Both the position numbers and the translations under genes were made by a program. This document shows, in pieces, positions 9,779 through 19,672 of a stretch of 42,815 nucleotides of DNA (within the stretch, counting starts at the first letter, position 1; each line of letters opens with the position of its first letter). The stretch spans positions 1 through 42,815 of the IMG/VR virus record IMGVR_UViG_3300036796_000284. One strand, written 5' to 3'. A model generated the notes under the pieces. The model did no database searches. It was not told the DNA's origin and was given only the letters and a program-made list of their open reading frames with translations. This DNA comes from a virus. Taxonomy: Duplodnaviria; Caudoviricetes.

Positions 9779-10093
9779 TCACTTTGCTGCTGATGTATTA
9801 CTTCTGGCTCTCGCAATCTCATCCCCCAATGAGGTAACTAAACCTTTGTTGTAGTCTAAATTATTTCGGCAGGTTTTAAGATTGCTGGAAATATTTTCAA
9901 TTTCCCTCGCTTGATTTGACTGCTCTGCTGCATCCAACATAGCTATGATAGAATTTGATGAATCCTCCAAACAGTTCATCTGCTGCTTAGCAAAGAAGCC
10001 ATTGTGTATGGTTAACCCCAGCATAGAAGTAGGTATGTAAATGCCTAGAATCCCCGCTACGATCCAAACTATAACTTTAAGCTTAAAAGGCAT
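9779..10093 (-). CDS. Hypothetical membrane-anchored protein (moron)
   Basis: AT-rich; N-terminal hydrophobic helix followed by a helical segment with two Cys; GGAGG RBS 7 nt before ATG 10093. Confidence 0.65.
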   Translation of the reverse strand: MPFKLKVIVWIVAGILGIYIPTSMLGLTIHNGFFAKQQMNCLEDSSNSIIAMLDAAEQSNQAREIENISSNLKTCRNNLDYNKGLVTSLGDEIARARSNTSAAK

Positions 10094-10205
10094 TTCCAAC
10101 CCTCCATTTGTACATGGAAGATATCAGCCATATCAGAATTAAATATATCGACCTTACAGTGATTTACCTTATTACTGTAGCTACAAGTAAAAATACCTGA
10201 GCGGG

Positions 10206-10916
10206 CTATATAAAAGCTTTGTATCTTAAAATTTTCATTGTTCGCTCAATCCAATAACCACCATAGGGAACCCGCTGGCTGAGATGCCCGTACATATGGT
10301 GCAGCAGCATATTGCCCTCAAGCAGTATTCCGGCGTGGTTCCACTTGTTGGCCTGCACCTGCATGATGACCATATCTCCCGGTTGAGGTGGCCCAGTAAA
10401 CTCCCGGAACCCACATTCATACCAGTGTTCCTGATAGAAGTTCTCAGGGTAATTGTCTTCCCACCAGGGGTAATCGACACGATAATCTGTCAGCTCGATG
10501 CCGTGCACCTGTCGGAAGTAGCTCATCACCAGACCCCAACAATCAAAACGCCCTAATACAAATGGACGCTCGAGTAGAGGAAGTTCGCCGCGAGGCTGAA
10601 TGGTCCGCAAATCTCCTTCAGGCCAGCTGACAATATGCCAGGGCAGCAGCGTGGCATCGCATTGTGCCTTGTCCAGTTCACTGGGTTGTGTCGTTGCATC
10701 AGGGTGACTGTGTACGATGGCGGTCACCGTTCCCCAGTCCTCCGCCGTGACATAATCCTCCTGGCTCAGATGGAAATGCTCTGTGGGTTCGGACGCCAGA
10801 TTGCGGCACGGGTAATAACGCTCTACCCGGCTTTTTTGCGCCACAACGCCACAACACTCCCGCGGATACTCGGCAGCAGCATGCGCCATGATGGCATCAA
10901 GGGTTTTCTGCCGCAT
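10206..10916 (-). CDS. K: Tail assembly protein K (JAB/MPN + NlpC/P60)
   Basis: PRECCG, VHSHP..PSELD JAB motif; FDCWGL and NHAGI NlpC/P60 motifs. Confidence 0.95.
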   Translation of the reverse strand: MRQKTLDAIMAHAAAEYPRECCGVVAQKSRVERYYPCRNLASEPTEHFHLSQEDYVTAEDWGTVTAIVHSHPDATTQPSELDKAQCDATLLPWHIVSWPEGDLRTIQPRGELPLLERPFVLGRFDCWGLVMSYFRQVHGIELTDYRVDYPWWEDNYPENFYQEHWYECGFREFTGPPQPGDMVIMQVQANKWNHAGILLEGNMLLHHMYGHLSQRVPYGGYWIERTMKILRYKAFI

Positions 10917-10918
10917 GA

Positions 10919-11674
10919 CTAACTCCTGATAAGTGACGTGCCGGGGAAACCACCAAATGGTAGCTCTTCATGTTCACCAAAACGCAGTTTACAACCTCTC
11001 AGCGTACCGCTGCATTTATCAAGCGACGGGTCGCTAACCGGGTTGTTTTTGTCATCAAAGTAGAGTGTTCCGGTGTAGTCACAGCCATCACCTGTGCGGT
11101 ACTTACCACGAATGCACCAGGAACACAGCGAATGAAGCTGCCGCGTCGGGATCATCAGCCCTTGTAAATCCATCGGGCTGCTCAGCGTAAACTCGATAAC
11201 CTGATTAGTTTCCGCACTCTTGCTGTCGATGTAATACACCTGCAGCTTTTCCTGCGTCGGATCGGCTGAAGGGTTGCCAGTCGGGAAATTCTTCGCATCC
11301 AGATACTGAGCTAGCGTGTCATGGATCGTGACTTTTGCCTGCAGCAGGTCATCGTAATGAAGGCAAAGGGCAGTGATTGAACCATCAAGGTTAGCGACCG
11401 ATAGTTTAGGTTGTGCCGCACTGCCACTCGTTGAGGTTTCAATGCCCTCAATCTGACATGGCCACGCTTTGTATTCGACGCTTTGCCACCAGATCGATTT
11501 AGCAGGCAACTTCGATTCATCGCCACCTGCAGCCAGAATTTCAGCTTCAGTGTGAGCAATGCTGTGAGAATGAAACCTTAGTACATCACTAACTCCGAAC
11601 GCAGTGCCGTCCACTTCAAAAACACGGATGGCATTTCCCGGCTCAAGCTTTTGATAATCGCTGTTTAAACTCAT
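10919..11674 (-). CDS. L: Minor tail protein L
   Basis: C-terminal Cys cluster C.W..RG.Y...C...DKC...C..RF and FGGFPG. Confidence 0.95.
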   Translation of the reverse strand: MSLNSDYQKLEPGNAIRVFEVDGTAFGVSDVLRFHSHSIAHTEAEILAAGGDESKLPAKSIWWQSVEYKAWPCQIEGIETSTSGSAAQPKLSVANLDGSITALCLHYDDLLQAKVTIHDTLAQYLDAKNFPTGNPSADPTQEKLQVYYIDSKSAETNQVIEFTLSSPMDLQGLMIPTRQLHSLCSWCIRGKYRTGDGCDYTGTLYFDDKNNPVSDPSLDKCSGTLRGCKLRFGEHEELPFGGFPGTSLIRS

Positions 11675-12018
11675 GGTGCAAATGCCTGTTCAAATGTGGC
11701 TGTAATTGTCATGACTTTATTGTTTTTAACTACCTTCTGTAGGCTGTCTGCAGCCACTCGCCATAATGCCAACTCCCCAAAAGGTGGGGTGAAAGTGAAC
11801 GATTTTGTTTTGTGACGACGAAGGAACGCGTGGATTTGTATTGCAGTTTCTGGCTTGCCTGTGAACGAATACTCATAGGTGAGCGTTTCGTCATTCAGCC
11901 CAGAGCCGGTGACCTGAACATACCCATCACCGAATTGGGCTTTGCGAATAGCATCTTTGCTCTTTGTTGTAGGCTGGCTGGCAGACTGAATCCCCCAGCT
12001 AAAAGCTTCTATCGCCAT
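11671..12018 (-). CDS. M: Minor tail protein M
   Basis: AQFGDGY.Q...GLN motif and C-terminal ATFEQAF; between H and L. Confidence 0.93.
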   Translation of the reverse strand: MAIEAFSWGIQSASQPTTKSKDAIRKAQFGDGYVQVTGSGLNDETLTYEYSFTGKPETAIQIHAFLRRHKTKSFTFTPPFGELALWRVAADSLQKVVKNNKVMTITATFEQAFAP

Positions 12019-12023
12019 AATCG

Positions 12024-14522
12024 TTACCTGCGGTTAGTTAAATTCCAGATAATACCGCCCGGACGCGCCTCCTTAGCGATCCCCTCTGTTATCGATTTAT
12101 TGACAACTTGCTGATAGGCGCGACCAAGCTGATCGTTACTTGTCTGTTGATCAGAGTTTTGAGGATTCTGGACAGTTACAGGTGCGTAGACGCTAACGCC
12201 TAAAGGCGTCGCAAACGTGGAAATGCTATTTCCTACATAGCCACCAGAAGCATACCCTTTCATCATCTGGTAAAGATTTCCTACACCAATACGGCTTGTC
12301 GCCTCTTTGGTGAAAACAAACTCGCCGCGATGAACCACACCCGCGGGATCGTATTTACCTCCAGATCCGGTATAGCCCCCCTCCGCATACCCAAGTGCCG
12401 AAGTGGCTGAATCAACCATGCCGACCAGTGCTTGCTTAACCAGGATTTGGGTCAGCATGCTAAGAATGGATTTGGTAAAATCTGCAAAATTACCTTTACC
12501 CGTCATTAACATGTCAGACAGGCCTTTGCTTAATCCATCAAATGTAGCTGTCGCCACAGAGCGCATTTGTCCATAAGCGTCCCCTGCTGAATCGGCATAA
12601 TCTGCCCAGGCTGATTTCCCGCCAGCCTTCCAGTCATCACGCAACTTATCCTGTTCACCGTAGTAATTTTTTAGCGCCGCAAGTTCATTCTGATAACCCT
12701 GGTCTTGATCAGTACCACCTACATTTTTCCAGCCCTGTAACAGCTGCGCTTCCTCGAGACGACGCTGGGTAGCGCGGCTGCTGTGCCCTGCGCTATCCGT
12801 TAATGCTTTTGTCTTCTCCCCCATCTGTGTCACATATTTCTTCGACGCGTCCTGGAGGCGATTAAGCCTTTCCTGAATAACAATCTGGTCGCCCAGGCGC
12901 GCATTTATCTCAGCCTGCGCCAGCACCTTGTCTTTATTGGCCAACAGCGATTTTTCATCATCGCTTAGCGTACGGGTACGGGATGCCTGTTCAAGAATGG
13001 TGAATCTGGCCTGCTGCTTCCAGAGATCCTGGCGCTGCTGGCTGATTTTGTCGTTGATACCGGAATGCTTGCTCAGTACTTCGAGCTGGGTCTGAAGCTC
13101 GAGGGTTTGCGCATTGGTTGAGTCGGTAAGCTTAGTGCCACCAGGCGTGCGGGTTTTCGTCGGTTTCTTTAACGAATCCTCATACTCTTTTTTGGCTGCG
13201 GCCATGTTGACGTTGTAGTCAGCCTGAACAATTCGCCCTTCTTTGAGCGCTTTATTCAGTTCGTTCTGACGTGCGGTGTACTTCTCAATTGCAGACTGCG
13301 ATTTTGTATAATTTGCCTGAGCCTGCTGCGCGTATTTTAGCTTGTCTGCTTCTGCATTCGCTTCACGCTTCGCATTTTCCAGACCCAACTGGGAATTTCG
13401 GGCTTGTTGTTGCGCCATATCCAGCGCAACCCGAGCCTGCTCTCTGTCAGTCCAGTAACTCGCCCGGGCATCATCTTTAACAAACGGGTCGTTCTTGCGC
13501 AGGCTCCAGATTTTGTCAGCTTTATCGAAAGCATCCTGCGCTTTCTTGAGCATCTGCTCGGAGGTATCCGGACGTCCGATATCCAGCGCCGCATCCCACA
13601 TCGATTTGAACGCTTTGGACAGTGAATTAGCTGCTGATTCAATTGTCCCCATATTGTCGCGGATAGATTTGCTCTGCTCATTAAAACCAGCAGTAGCAAC
13701 CTCATTTGCCGCCTGTAACGCGCCAGCAGCATCACCAGCACGCTGTAGTGCGGCAACATGTGCAACCTGTTCTGCGGTGACATTATGAAACTGCTGCGCC
13801 ATAGCCAGCAGGCCTGACGCGGGGTCATTCGCCAGTTTGCCGAATGCTTCGGCTACCTTTTCAACCGGTAATCCGGATGCACTGGTAAATTTCGCGACAG
13901 AAACGGACAAGTCTTCAAAGTTTGCACCGGCACGTACACCAGAATTAACCAGCGCGGTCAGTGCGTCGCTAGTCTGATTGAAGGTCAGGCCAGACTTTTC
14001 ACCCGCTTCGGCAATACTCTGCATGCGCAACGCTGTTAACCCGGCAGCATTACCCGACAGCACCAGCGTTTTGTTGAAATTAGAAAGTGTGGCGGAACCC
14101 TGATAGAACGAATACGCCAGCGTACCGGTTGCAGCGGCCAGTGCTCCGACCCCTAGCACTGCCGGGGACAGGGTACTCAGCAACGCCGAAAACATCGGTC
14201 GGATGCCACCGAACATATCTTTAACCTGACCACCCTGTTGAAGCAGGATTAACCAGGGGCTTTGACCACCTGCCAGCTGAGTGGCCACATCAGTAAACTG
14301 AGCAGGCAACATACGCATGGCATTGCTGTATTGACCAACAGACAGGCCTGCTTTTTTGGCTGCAATTTCTTGTTTAGAGAATGACTGCTGCACCTGAAGA
14401 GCTGCATCATTCGCAGCCTTACCGGTTCCGCCAAACGACTTTTTGACCCGCTCAACCTGTTCCTGGAATTTTGCAGCATCCAGATTAAGGTCGACAACCA
14501 GATCACCCACTGCCTGGGCCAT
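12024..14522 (-). CDS. H: Tape measure protein H
   Basis: 832 aa, Ala/Gln rich; lambda-like LPAQFTDVATQLAGGQSPWLILLQQGGQVKD; GGYTG..GKY.PAGVVHRGEFVF. Confidence 0.96.
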   Translation of the reverse strand: MAQAVGDLVVDLNLDAAKFQEQVERVKKSFGGTGKAANDAALQVQQSFSKQEIAAKKAGLSVGQYSNAMRMLPAQFTDVATQLAGGQSPWLILLQQGGQVKDMFGGIRPMFSALLSTLSPAVLGVGALAAATGTLAYSFYQGSATLSNFNKTLVLSGNAAGLTALRMQSIAEAGEKSGLTFNQTSDALTALVNSGVRAGANFEDLSVSVAKFTSASGLPVEKVAEAFGKLANDPASGLLAMAQQFHNVTAEQVAHVAALQRAGDAAGALQAANEVATAGFNEQSKSIRDNMGTIESAANSLSKAFKSMWDAALDIGRPDTSEQMLKKAQDAFDKADKIWSLRKNDPFVKDDARASYWTDREQARVALDMAQQQARNSQLGLENAKREANAEADKLKYAQQAQANYTKSQSAIEKYTARQNELNKALKEGRIVQADYNVNMAAAKKEYEDSLKKPTKTRTPGGTKLTDSTNAQTLELQTQLEVLSKHSGINDKISQQRQDLWKQQARFTILEQASRTRTLSDDEKSLLANKDKVLAQAEINARLGDQIVIQERLNRLQDASKKYVTQMGEKTKALTDSAGHSSRATQRRLEEAQLLQGWKNVGGTDQDQGYQNELAALKNYYGEQDKLRDDWKAGGKSAWADYADSAGDAYGQMRSVATATFDGLSKGLSDMLMTGKGNFADFTKSILSMLTQILVKQALVGMVDSATSALGYAEGGYTGSGGKYDPAGVVHRGEFVFTKEATSRIGVGNLYQMMKGYASGGYVGNSISTFATPLGVSVYAPVTVQNPQNSDQQTSNDQLGRAYQQVVNKSITEGIAKEARPGGIIWNLTNRR

Positions 14523-14817
14523 AGCGCATACCTCCTAAACTTTCAGCGACTGACATCATGGTGTCGCCATCCACTTCACCGGGCGCTTGCATATCAGCAG
14601 GTGGATCGAGAAGACTAAAATCACGAGGGGTGATGTCGGTATCCTTGCAGAGCATTGACACAACAAGATGACTCAGGCGGGAAAAGTGCGTATCAAGCTG
14701 ATCAGTTTGAAAATACTGATAGCTGTAAAAGTTTCCCCACTCAGCAAACTCAGAAGATGACATGCCGGCGAGCATGTTGCGCCAGTCGGGACGGTTGAAT
14801 TCCCTCGCCAGCTTCAT
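14503..14817 (-). CDS. T: Tail assembly chaperone T (C-terminal part of the G-T frameshift product)
   Basis: KLAREF.RPDWR.MLAGMSS.E..W matches lambda gpT; frame is open back to the slippery site. Confidence 0.9.
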   Translation of the reverse strand: MKLAREFNRPDWRNMLAGMSSSEFAEWGNFYSYQYFQTDQLDTHFSRLSHLVVSMLCKDTDITPRDFSLLDPPADMQAPGEVDGDTMMSVAESLGGMRYGPGSG

Positions 14818-14825
14818 GACAAAAT

Positions 14826-15236
14826 TCAGCTCACCGGCGTAGGCTTTTCCGCTGTAATTTCTTCCTGCTCAGCCTGATTTTCATCATCCGTAACCGTTTC
14901 CTGTTCTGGCGGGAGCATATCGGAGAGCTTTTTAACCATAAATTCAGCCGCGCCAATCATTTCAGGCGACCAGCCACTCATAACCTGCTGATGCAAAGTT
15001 TCCACATCAGGCCCGGTAATATCAGCCTGCCAGAGTGACATCGACACCAGTCGTCCTGCGGCTTGAATATTCCGTGCCACTAGAAAATGATAATGCTCTG
15101 GATCGTCAGCATTATCAGGAAGGTCTTTATTCAGGTCGGCGTAATATTTCAGGTGTTCAATTCGCTGTAACGCTGACAGTTCATAGAGCGTGACGGTGTG
15201 ACCTTTAAATTCAAACGGTTCTGATTTCAGAAACAT
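14826..15236 (-). CDS. G: Tail assembly chaperone G
   Basis: MFLKSEPFE..G..VTL.ELSALQRIEHL matches lambda gpG; GGAG RBS. Confidence 0.92.
   Translation of the reverse strand: MFLKSEPFEFKGHTVTLYELSALQRIEHLKYYADLNKDLPDNADDPEHYHFLVARNIQAAGRLVSMSLWQADITGPDVETLHQQVMSGWSPEMIGAAEFMVKKLSDMLPPEQETVTDDENQAEQEEITAEKPTPVS
14844..14850 (-). other. Programmed -1 frameshift site for G-T
   Basis: G GAA AAG near the end of G; the -1 frame reads ..KAYAGELNFVMKLAREF into T. Confidence 0.75.
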
Positions 15237-15273
15237 GGGTGACTCCAGGAAACTGGGGCCGAAGCCCCTTTGA

Positions 15274-16011
15274 TCAGGATACGGTGACTTTATCGATACC
15301 AACGAACAAGCCATCATTTGTCATGACAATGATTTCAGCGCTACCCGCTGCTTTGCCGGTAATTGTCAGCACATCTCCATTAGCTTTAACCGTTACCTTT
15401 GTCAGATCAGAGCTAGAAACACGGAAGGTTTTATCCGTTGCCCCAGCAGGATTAACCGTGACACTCACAGTATCGGTAGCACCAACCGCAATCGCGGAGG
15501 TAGTTTTATCGAGTGTTACCCCTGTTACAGCGATAACCGGCGCGCGCGTTTCCTCTGCCAGTGATGGTTTGCCGTTATTGCTGATTTTCACGCTACGGGT
15601 GATCACTTCTTTTGCCGGGATGGTTTTACCCAGGCTGCTCACCCACCCTTTAAACACATCAACAGTGCCGTTCGGGTATTTGATTTTGTAAGCGCGAACA
15701 TCACCAGCGTAGAACCAGTCCACCAGGCTTTGCTGTCCTGACTCTCCAGGTTTCCATGCCAGCGTAAAACTGGCTTCACCGGCAGATTTTTCACCCTGTG
15801 CAGTGCTTGCCCAATCCGCATTCGGATCATCTATATAGGTATCGTCGTACGATTGTGCGGTCAGTTCGCCCGGCGTAATTTCTTTAACTTTAGCCGTTCG
15901 GGTCCAGTCAGTGTCGCTGGTCGGATTCGCATAAGGGTCGCCCACACCGGTATAAATCCAGAGTGTGGTACCGGCCCCCTTTACGGGTTCAAGCGGGTTT
16001 GGGGTTGGCAT
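15274..16011 (-). CDS. V: Major tail tube protein V with C-terminal Ig-like domain
   Basis: PNPLEPVKGAGTTLW.Y.G.GDPYANP matches lambda gpV; C-terminal VTGVTLDK...Big_2-like domain. Confidence 0.95.
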   Translation of the reverse strand: MPTPNPLEPVKGAGTTLWIYTGVGDPYANPTSDTDWTRTAKVKEITPGELTAQSYDDTYIDDPNADWASTAQGEKSAGEASFTLAWKPGESGQQSLVDWFYAGDVRAYKIKYPNGTVDVFKGWVSSLGKTIPAKEVITRSVKISNNGKPSLAEETRAPVIAVTGVTLDKTTSAIAVGATDTVSVTVNPAGATDKTFRVSSSDLTKVTVKANGDVLTITGKAAGSAEIIVMTNDGLFVGIDKVTVS

Positions 16012-16018
16012 AGTTGCC

Positions 16019-16417
16019 TCACATTGTGTAAGAGAGTGAATACTTCATATCAGCAGAGCCCCACGTCGCCATTTCGTCATCACGTTGGTAGTCGTAGCCC
16101 TGAGGTGACATGGTTTCAACCAGGTCACTCAGACCGGGGATGCTTTGTAAGTTGGGGTAGACGCGGCTTTCCATCCACTCATCCAGGGCAGAATCAGTCT
16201 CAGCGGCTTTCAGGAAGACTTCGATATGCAGGATGGCGTGCCACAGATCTTCATCAACGGATTCTTCCGTTGACTGTGCATCGGTTAAGTAGACGGCAAG
16301 TGCCGGGAGGTCTTCAGGATCAAGAACGGCAGGCCGCCCATCGAACCAGGTCACTGAGTCAGTAATACCGGCCTTGAGTGCCAGGATGATCGCAACACGG
16401 ATTTGCGGATGTTTCAT
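16019..16417 (-). CDS. U: Tail terminator U
   Basis: MKH.QIR, FDGRPA, LHIEVFL, GYDYQRDDE...WGSAD. Confidence 0.93.
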   Translation of the reverse strand: MKHPQIRVAIILALKAGITDSVTWFDGRPAVLDPEDLPALAVYLTDAQSTEESVDEDLWHAILHIEVFLKAAETDSALDEWMESRVYPNLQSIPGLSDLVETMSPQGYDYQRDDEMATWGSADMKYSLSYTM

Positions 16418-16968
16418 TTAATCAGTACCAGTCGGAGTTGATTGCGCAGGGCAGCAGACAGTTCTTTAGGCAGGTCCGTTTCAGTAAGCTTCGTGCTCTG
16501 CTCTTTAAAAGCAGTGGTCAACGGTTCAGCCATCGGAATACTCACCACTTTGAGCGGGTAGCGTGCCGCGGTTGTACGCTGCAAAACATGCCAGCGACCG
16601 TTACTTAACTGCTGAATAAAGGCGCCGGGGAAACGAAAGCGCCCTACCTGTAGCACGCTTCGTATGCCGTTTTTATCCCGCTTACGCCGTGACAGCCGCA
16701 TTGTTGCCGGTCCTAACTTGATAGCGGGTAAATTACCCCGGTTCACTCTGATAGTGGCCTGAGGTTTTCGCACCGTGGCTTTTTTAAGCCGGGCGCGTTG
16801 ATTCACCAGCTTCAGCGGTACCTTTGTTTCCTTTGCCACTTCACGCGTGCTGCGACTGATAGCGCGGGTGGCAATGCGGTTGATAGCTTGTGACGAAGCG
16901 CGAGGAACCGCAGTTTTGCTGATGCTGTCGAGATTGGCTATGGCTTGTTCCAGTCCTTTGATGGACAT
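16414..16968 (-). CDS. Z: Minor tail protein Z
   Basis: MSIKGLEQAI.NL..IS..AVPRA, VNRGNLPAIKLG; basic protein upstream of U. Confidence 0.92.
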   Translation of the reverse strand: MSIKGLEQAIANLDSISKTAVPRASSQAINRIATRAISRSTREVAKETKVPLKLVNQRARLKKATVRKPQATIRVNRGNLPAIKLGPATMRLSRRKRDKNGIRSVLQVGRFRFPGAFIQQLSNGRWHVLQRTTAARYPLKVVSIPMAEPLTTAFKEQSTKLTETDLPKELSAALRNQLRLVLIK

Positions 16969-16976
16969 GACGCCTC

Positions 16977-17252
16977 CTACTCAATCCAGATTTGTGGTTT
17001 GCCGTTAAAGGTTTGCTGGCGAGTGACTTTGTACGGCTTCCCCTGCCAGATAACATCATCCCCTCTGCGGGGTTTCAGGACGGAAGAGAACACCACCAGC
17101 GATAAACCATCACCGACCAGAGGCCCCATCTCTGCAACAAACTGACTTTCGATAGCACTGGAAGGTTCACCGTTAATCTGTACCGGCTCGCCCATGACTG
17201 TCACCGTAGCCGCATCCATTCGCGACGCGAACTGGGCAAAGGGACTAGCCAT
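16977..17252 (-). CDS. Head-tail joining protein (FII-like)
   Basis: 91 aa, PF.....RMD motif; syntenic between the capsid accessory gene and Z. Confidence 0.75.
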   Translation of the reverse strand: MASPFAQFASRMDAATVTVMGEPVQINGEPSSAIESQFVAEMGPLVGDGLSLVVFSSVLKPRRGDDVIWQGKPYKVTRQQTFNGKPQIWIE

Positions 17253-17568
17253 TCAGACGAACGGCAATCGTGGTGGTATTTGCCGCCGCCGCCTCCCAGG
17301 CTTTTCCAGCCGACGTAGCACCAGTTGCATCAATCTGCACTTTGCCATCTTTGATGTTCAGCGTTTTCCCCTGGGGAATGTTGTCGGCTGCCAGTTTCGG
17401 CAATACGACCACACCGCTCGTGATCCCCTCGCCATATCCGCCTGCAGGAATATCGGCAATCGCCACGGCCAGTACATCGCCGACAGGCACGGGAGTACCA
17501 CTGAGAATGGCATCAGTACCTGTATTCTTAAGGGTGATGGTATGACCATCCTGGAGATAATTTTTCAT
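17245..17568 (-). CDS. DUF2190 family capsid accessory/cement protein
   Basis: MKNYLQDG.TI, SG.PV.VG...AVA..DI, GV..LPK, C-terminal VRLNG; follows the capsid gene. Confidence 0.85.
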   Translation of the reverse strand: MKNYLQDGHTITLKNTGTDAILSGTPVPVGDVLAVAIADIPAGGYGEGITSGVVVLPKLAADNIPQGKTLNIKDGKVQIDATGATSAGKAWEAAAANTTTIAVRLNG

Positions 17569-17612
17569 CGCTAAGCTCCATGGCCCCCGATCGGGAGCCG
17601 AATTTCAGACAT

Positions 17613-17631
17613 AAAAAAAGCCCTTTCGGGC
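17613..17631 (-). terminator. Terminator after the major capsid gene
   Basis: Minus strand GCCC-GAAA-GGGC followed by U7. Confidence 0.75.
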
Positions 17632-17650
17632 AACTGGAGGGACGTTCTGA

Positions 17651-19672
17651 TTACTTACCAGTGGATTTCACCAGACCACGATAATCCAGTGCCCCCACAC
17701 CCGCATCGATACGTACTTTCGTCGCGATGCCGTCAGTGGTGAAACCTTCCTGCTGGTCGATGTAAGGCGCATCCACGCCATTCAGATACGCCACCTCGAT
17801 GGTGTCAGTACCCTGCGCAGCCGCCAGATACCACGCCGCTGGATCAGCATCATCCAGACGCGCTTCGGCAATCACTTCAGCAAAGTTCTGGATTGGGTTA
17901 ATTACCCCGGCATTCACATCAGCACCTTTCACGCTGGCAGACTTGATGGTCTGGTTGGCGACCGTTTCCAGCGCAACCGGTACCAGGACGTAAGCCGGAC
18001 GAATGTTCAGTGCACGTTCACCCTCTTTCTGGGTGCGCATTAACTGGCGACCTTTATCCAGATTGCTGATATCGATAGCACCGGTGGCCATGTTTTTATG
18101 GTCTGCATGGAAGAGCGCTTTCCCATCGGACAACTTGCCATTTGCCGTCAGTGTGGCATAAACCAGATCGCCAATAGTCGCCTTCGCTGCGCGACCCATT
18201 TTCATTGGCACATCGGTCAACTGATTCAGATCATCGTTGATGATGGCCTGGCGGGTCACAGAGAAGATTTCGCCGTAGGTGGCCAGCGCGATGGTTTCGC
18301 CCTTATCGGCAGTGGTGATGTACTTATACTCCGCACCTTCGCGCACCTGACGCAAGGAAGGAAAACCACCCATACCGACACGGTGAGCTGTTTTAAAGTC
18401 TGACAGCTGACCTTTTTTGGTCCATTGCTCGAAGGTTTCTGCCGATTCGTCCCAGCCCTGCAACAGCGCCTTATTCGCCACATCCAGCAGGATATTGCCA
18501 AAATCAGAGGTGCTGTGAGTCAGTGCGAAACCGACCATCTGCATCGGATTATAAGAAGCCACACCGAAACCGCGCTCTGTCAGTGACATGCGCGCCAGCT
18601 CACGCAATGTTGTGCCGTTATAAACGTTATCACGCTGTAAATCTTCATAACCGGCACGCGCCATCAGCGCCTGACGGATACCATCCCCGACAAAGTTACC
18701 GTTACCCGCGTAAACATGTGCCTGAGTCTGTGTCTGGGTTGTTTTGTTAGATGGCGTCGCGCTCTTGCCCAGTTCAGCCAGCAGTTTATCTTTGGCTTGT
18801 GCGATGGAGCATTCAACATCAGAAACGCACTGTTCCTGCAACTCCAGATGCTTACCACCGAACATGGCAAACAAGTCTTTAATTCCGTTTACACGCGCTT
18901 TTTGCTCGGTCAGCACCTGCTGGCGAATTTCAGTTTCGTTGATGTTTTCCGGCGCGTTGATTGTCTGCGCTGGGGTATTTTGCAGCGGCTCACGCGGCAC
19001 GGTATTGCGTGGTGGGGTGATCATGTTGCGGATTGTGCGTGGCATCTTCTCGAATTCCTCAATACGTTTTGACTGAATACAGGCCATAGCCTGAAGGGAT
19101 GGAGTAACTTCGTCGGCAAAACCCAGCGCCAGGCATTCTGCACCGGAAAGCCAGGTCTCGTCCTCCAGCATGGCGGCAATATCTTCCTGAGATTTTCCGG
19201 TTTTTTCCATGTACGCCGGAATAAGAACGCCTTCGAGCTTATCCAGCAAATCGGCATAATCACGCATGTCATTCGCGTCGCCACCGGTAAAGCCCCACGG
19301 TTTGTGAATCATCATCATAGTGTTTTCCGGCATGATGACCGGGTTACCCACCATGGCGATAACTGACGCCATCGATGCAGCCAGGCCGTCGATATACGCA
19401 GTGATTGATGCACCGTGATGTTTCAGGGCATTAAAAATGGCGATGCCATCAAAGACATCGCCACCTGGGGAGTTAATGTGAAGGTTGATATGAGTGATAT
19501 CGCCCAACGCTTTGAGATTGCTCACAAACTGTTTCGCAGTCACACCCCAGTAGCCAATTTCATCGTAGATATAGATATCGGCTTCGCCTTCATTGCGTGC
19601 CTGCATCCGGAACCAGCTATTTTTTGTGCTGGCTTTCGGGCGGTTCATTACCCGGTTTTTCTTCCTGGCCAC
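17651..19672 (-). CDS. ClpP-type prohead protease / scaffold / major capsid fusion protein
   Basis: INSPGGDVFDG, GLAASMAS, MMIHKPW, ETWL (S14 protease) fused to a capsid domain ending KVRIDAGV..LDYRGL; probable GTG start after AAGGAG. Confidence 0.93.
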   Translation of the reverse strand: MARKKNRVMNRPKASTKNSWFRMQARNEGEADIYIYDEIGYWGVTAKQFVSNLKALGDITHINLHINSPGGDVFDGIAIFNALKHHGASITAYIDGLAASMASVIAMVGNPVIMPENTMMMIHKPWGFTGGDANDMRDYADLLDKLEGVLIPAYMEKTGKSQEDIAAMLEDETWLSGAECLALGFADEVTPSLQAMACIQSKRIEEFEKMPRTIRNMITPPRNTVPREPLQNTPAQTINAPENINETEIRQQVLTEQKARVNGIKDLFAMFGGKHLELQEQCVSDVECSIAQAKDKLLAELGKSATPSNKTTQTQTQAHVYAGNGNFVGDGIRQALMARAGYEDLQRDNVYNGTTLRELARMSLTERGFGVASYNPMQMVGFALTHSTSDFGNILLDVANKALLQGWDESAETFEQWTKKGQLSDFKTAHRVGMGGFPSLRQVREGAEYKYITTADKGETIALATYGEIFSVTRQAIINDDLNQLTDVPMKMGRAAKATIGDLVYATLTANGKLSDGKALFHADHKNMATGAIDISNLDKGRQLMRTQKEGERALNIRPAYVLVPVALETVANQTIKSASVKGADVNAGVINPIQNFAEVIAEARLDDADPAAWYLAAAQGTDTIEVAYLNGVDAPYIDQQEGFTTDGIATKVRIDAGVGALDYRGLVKSTGK

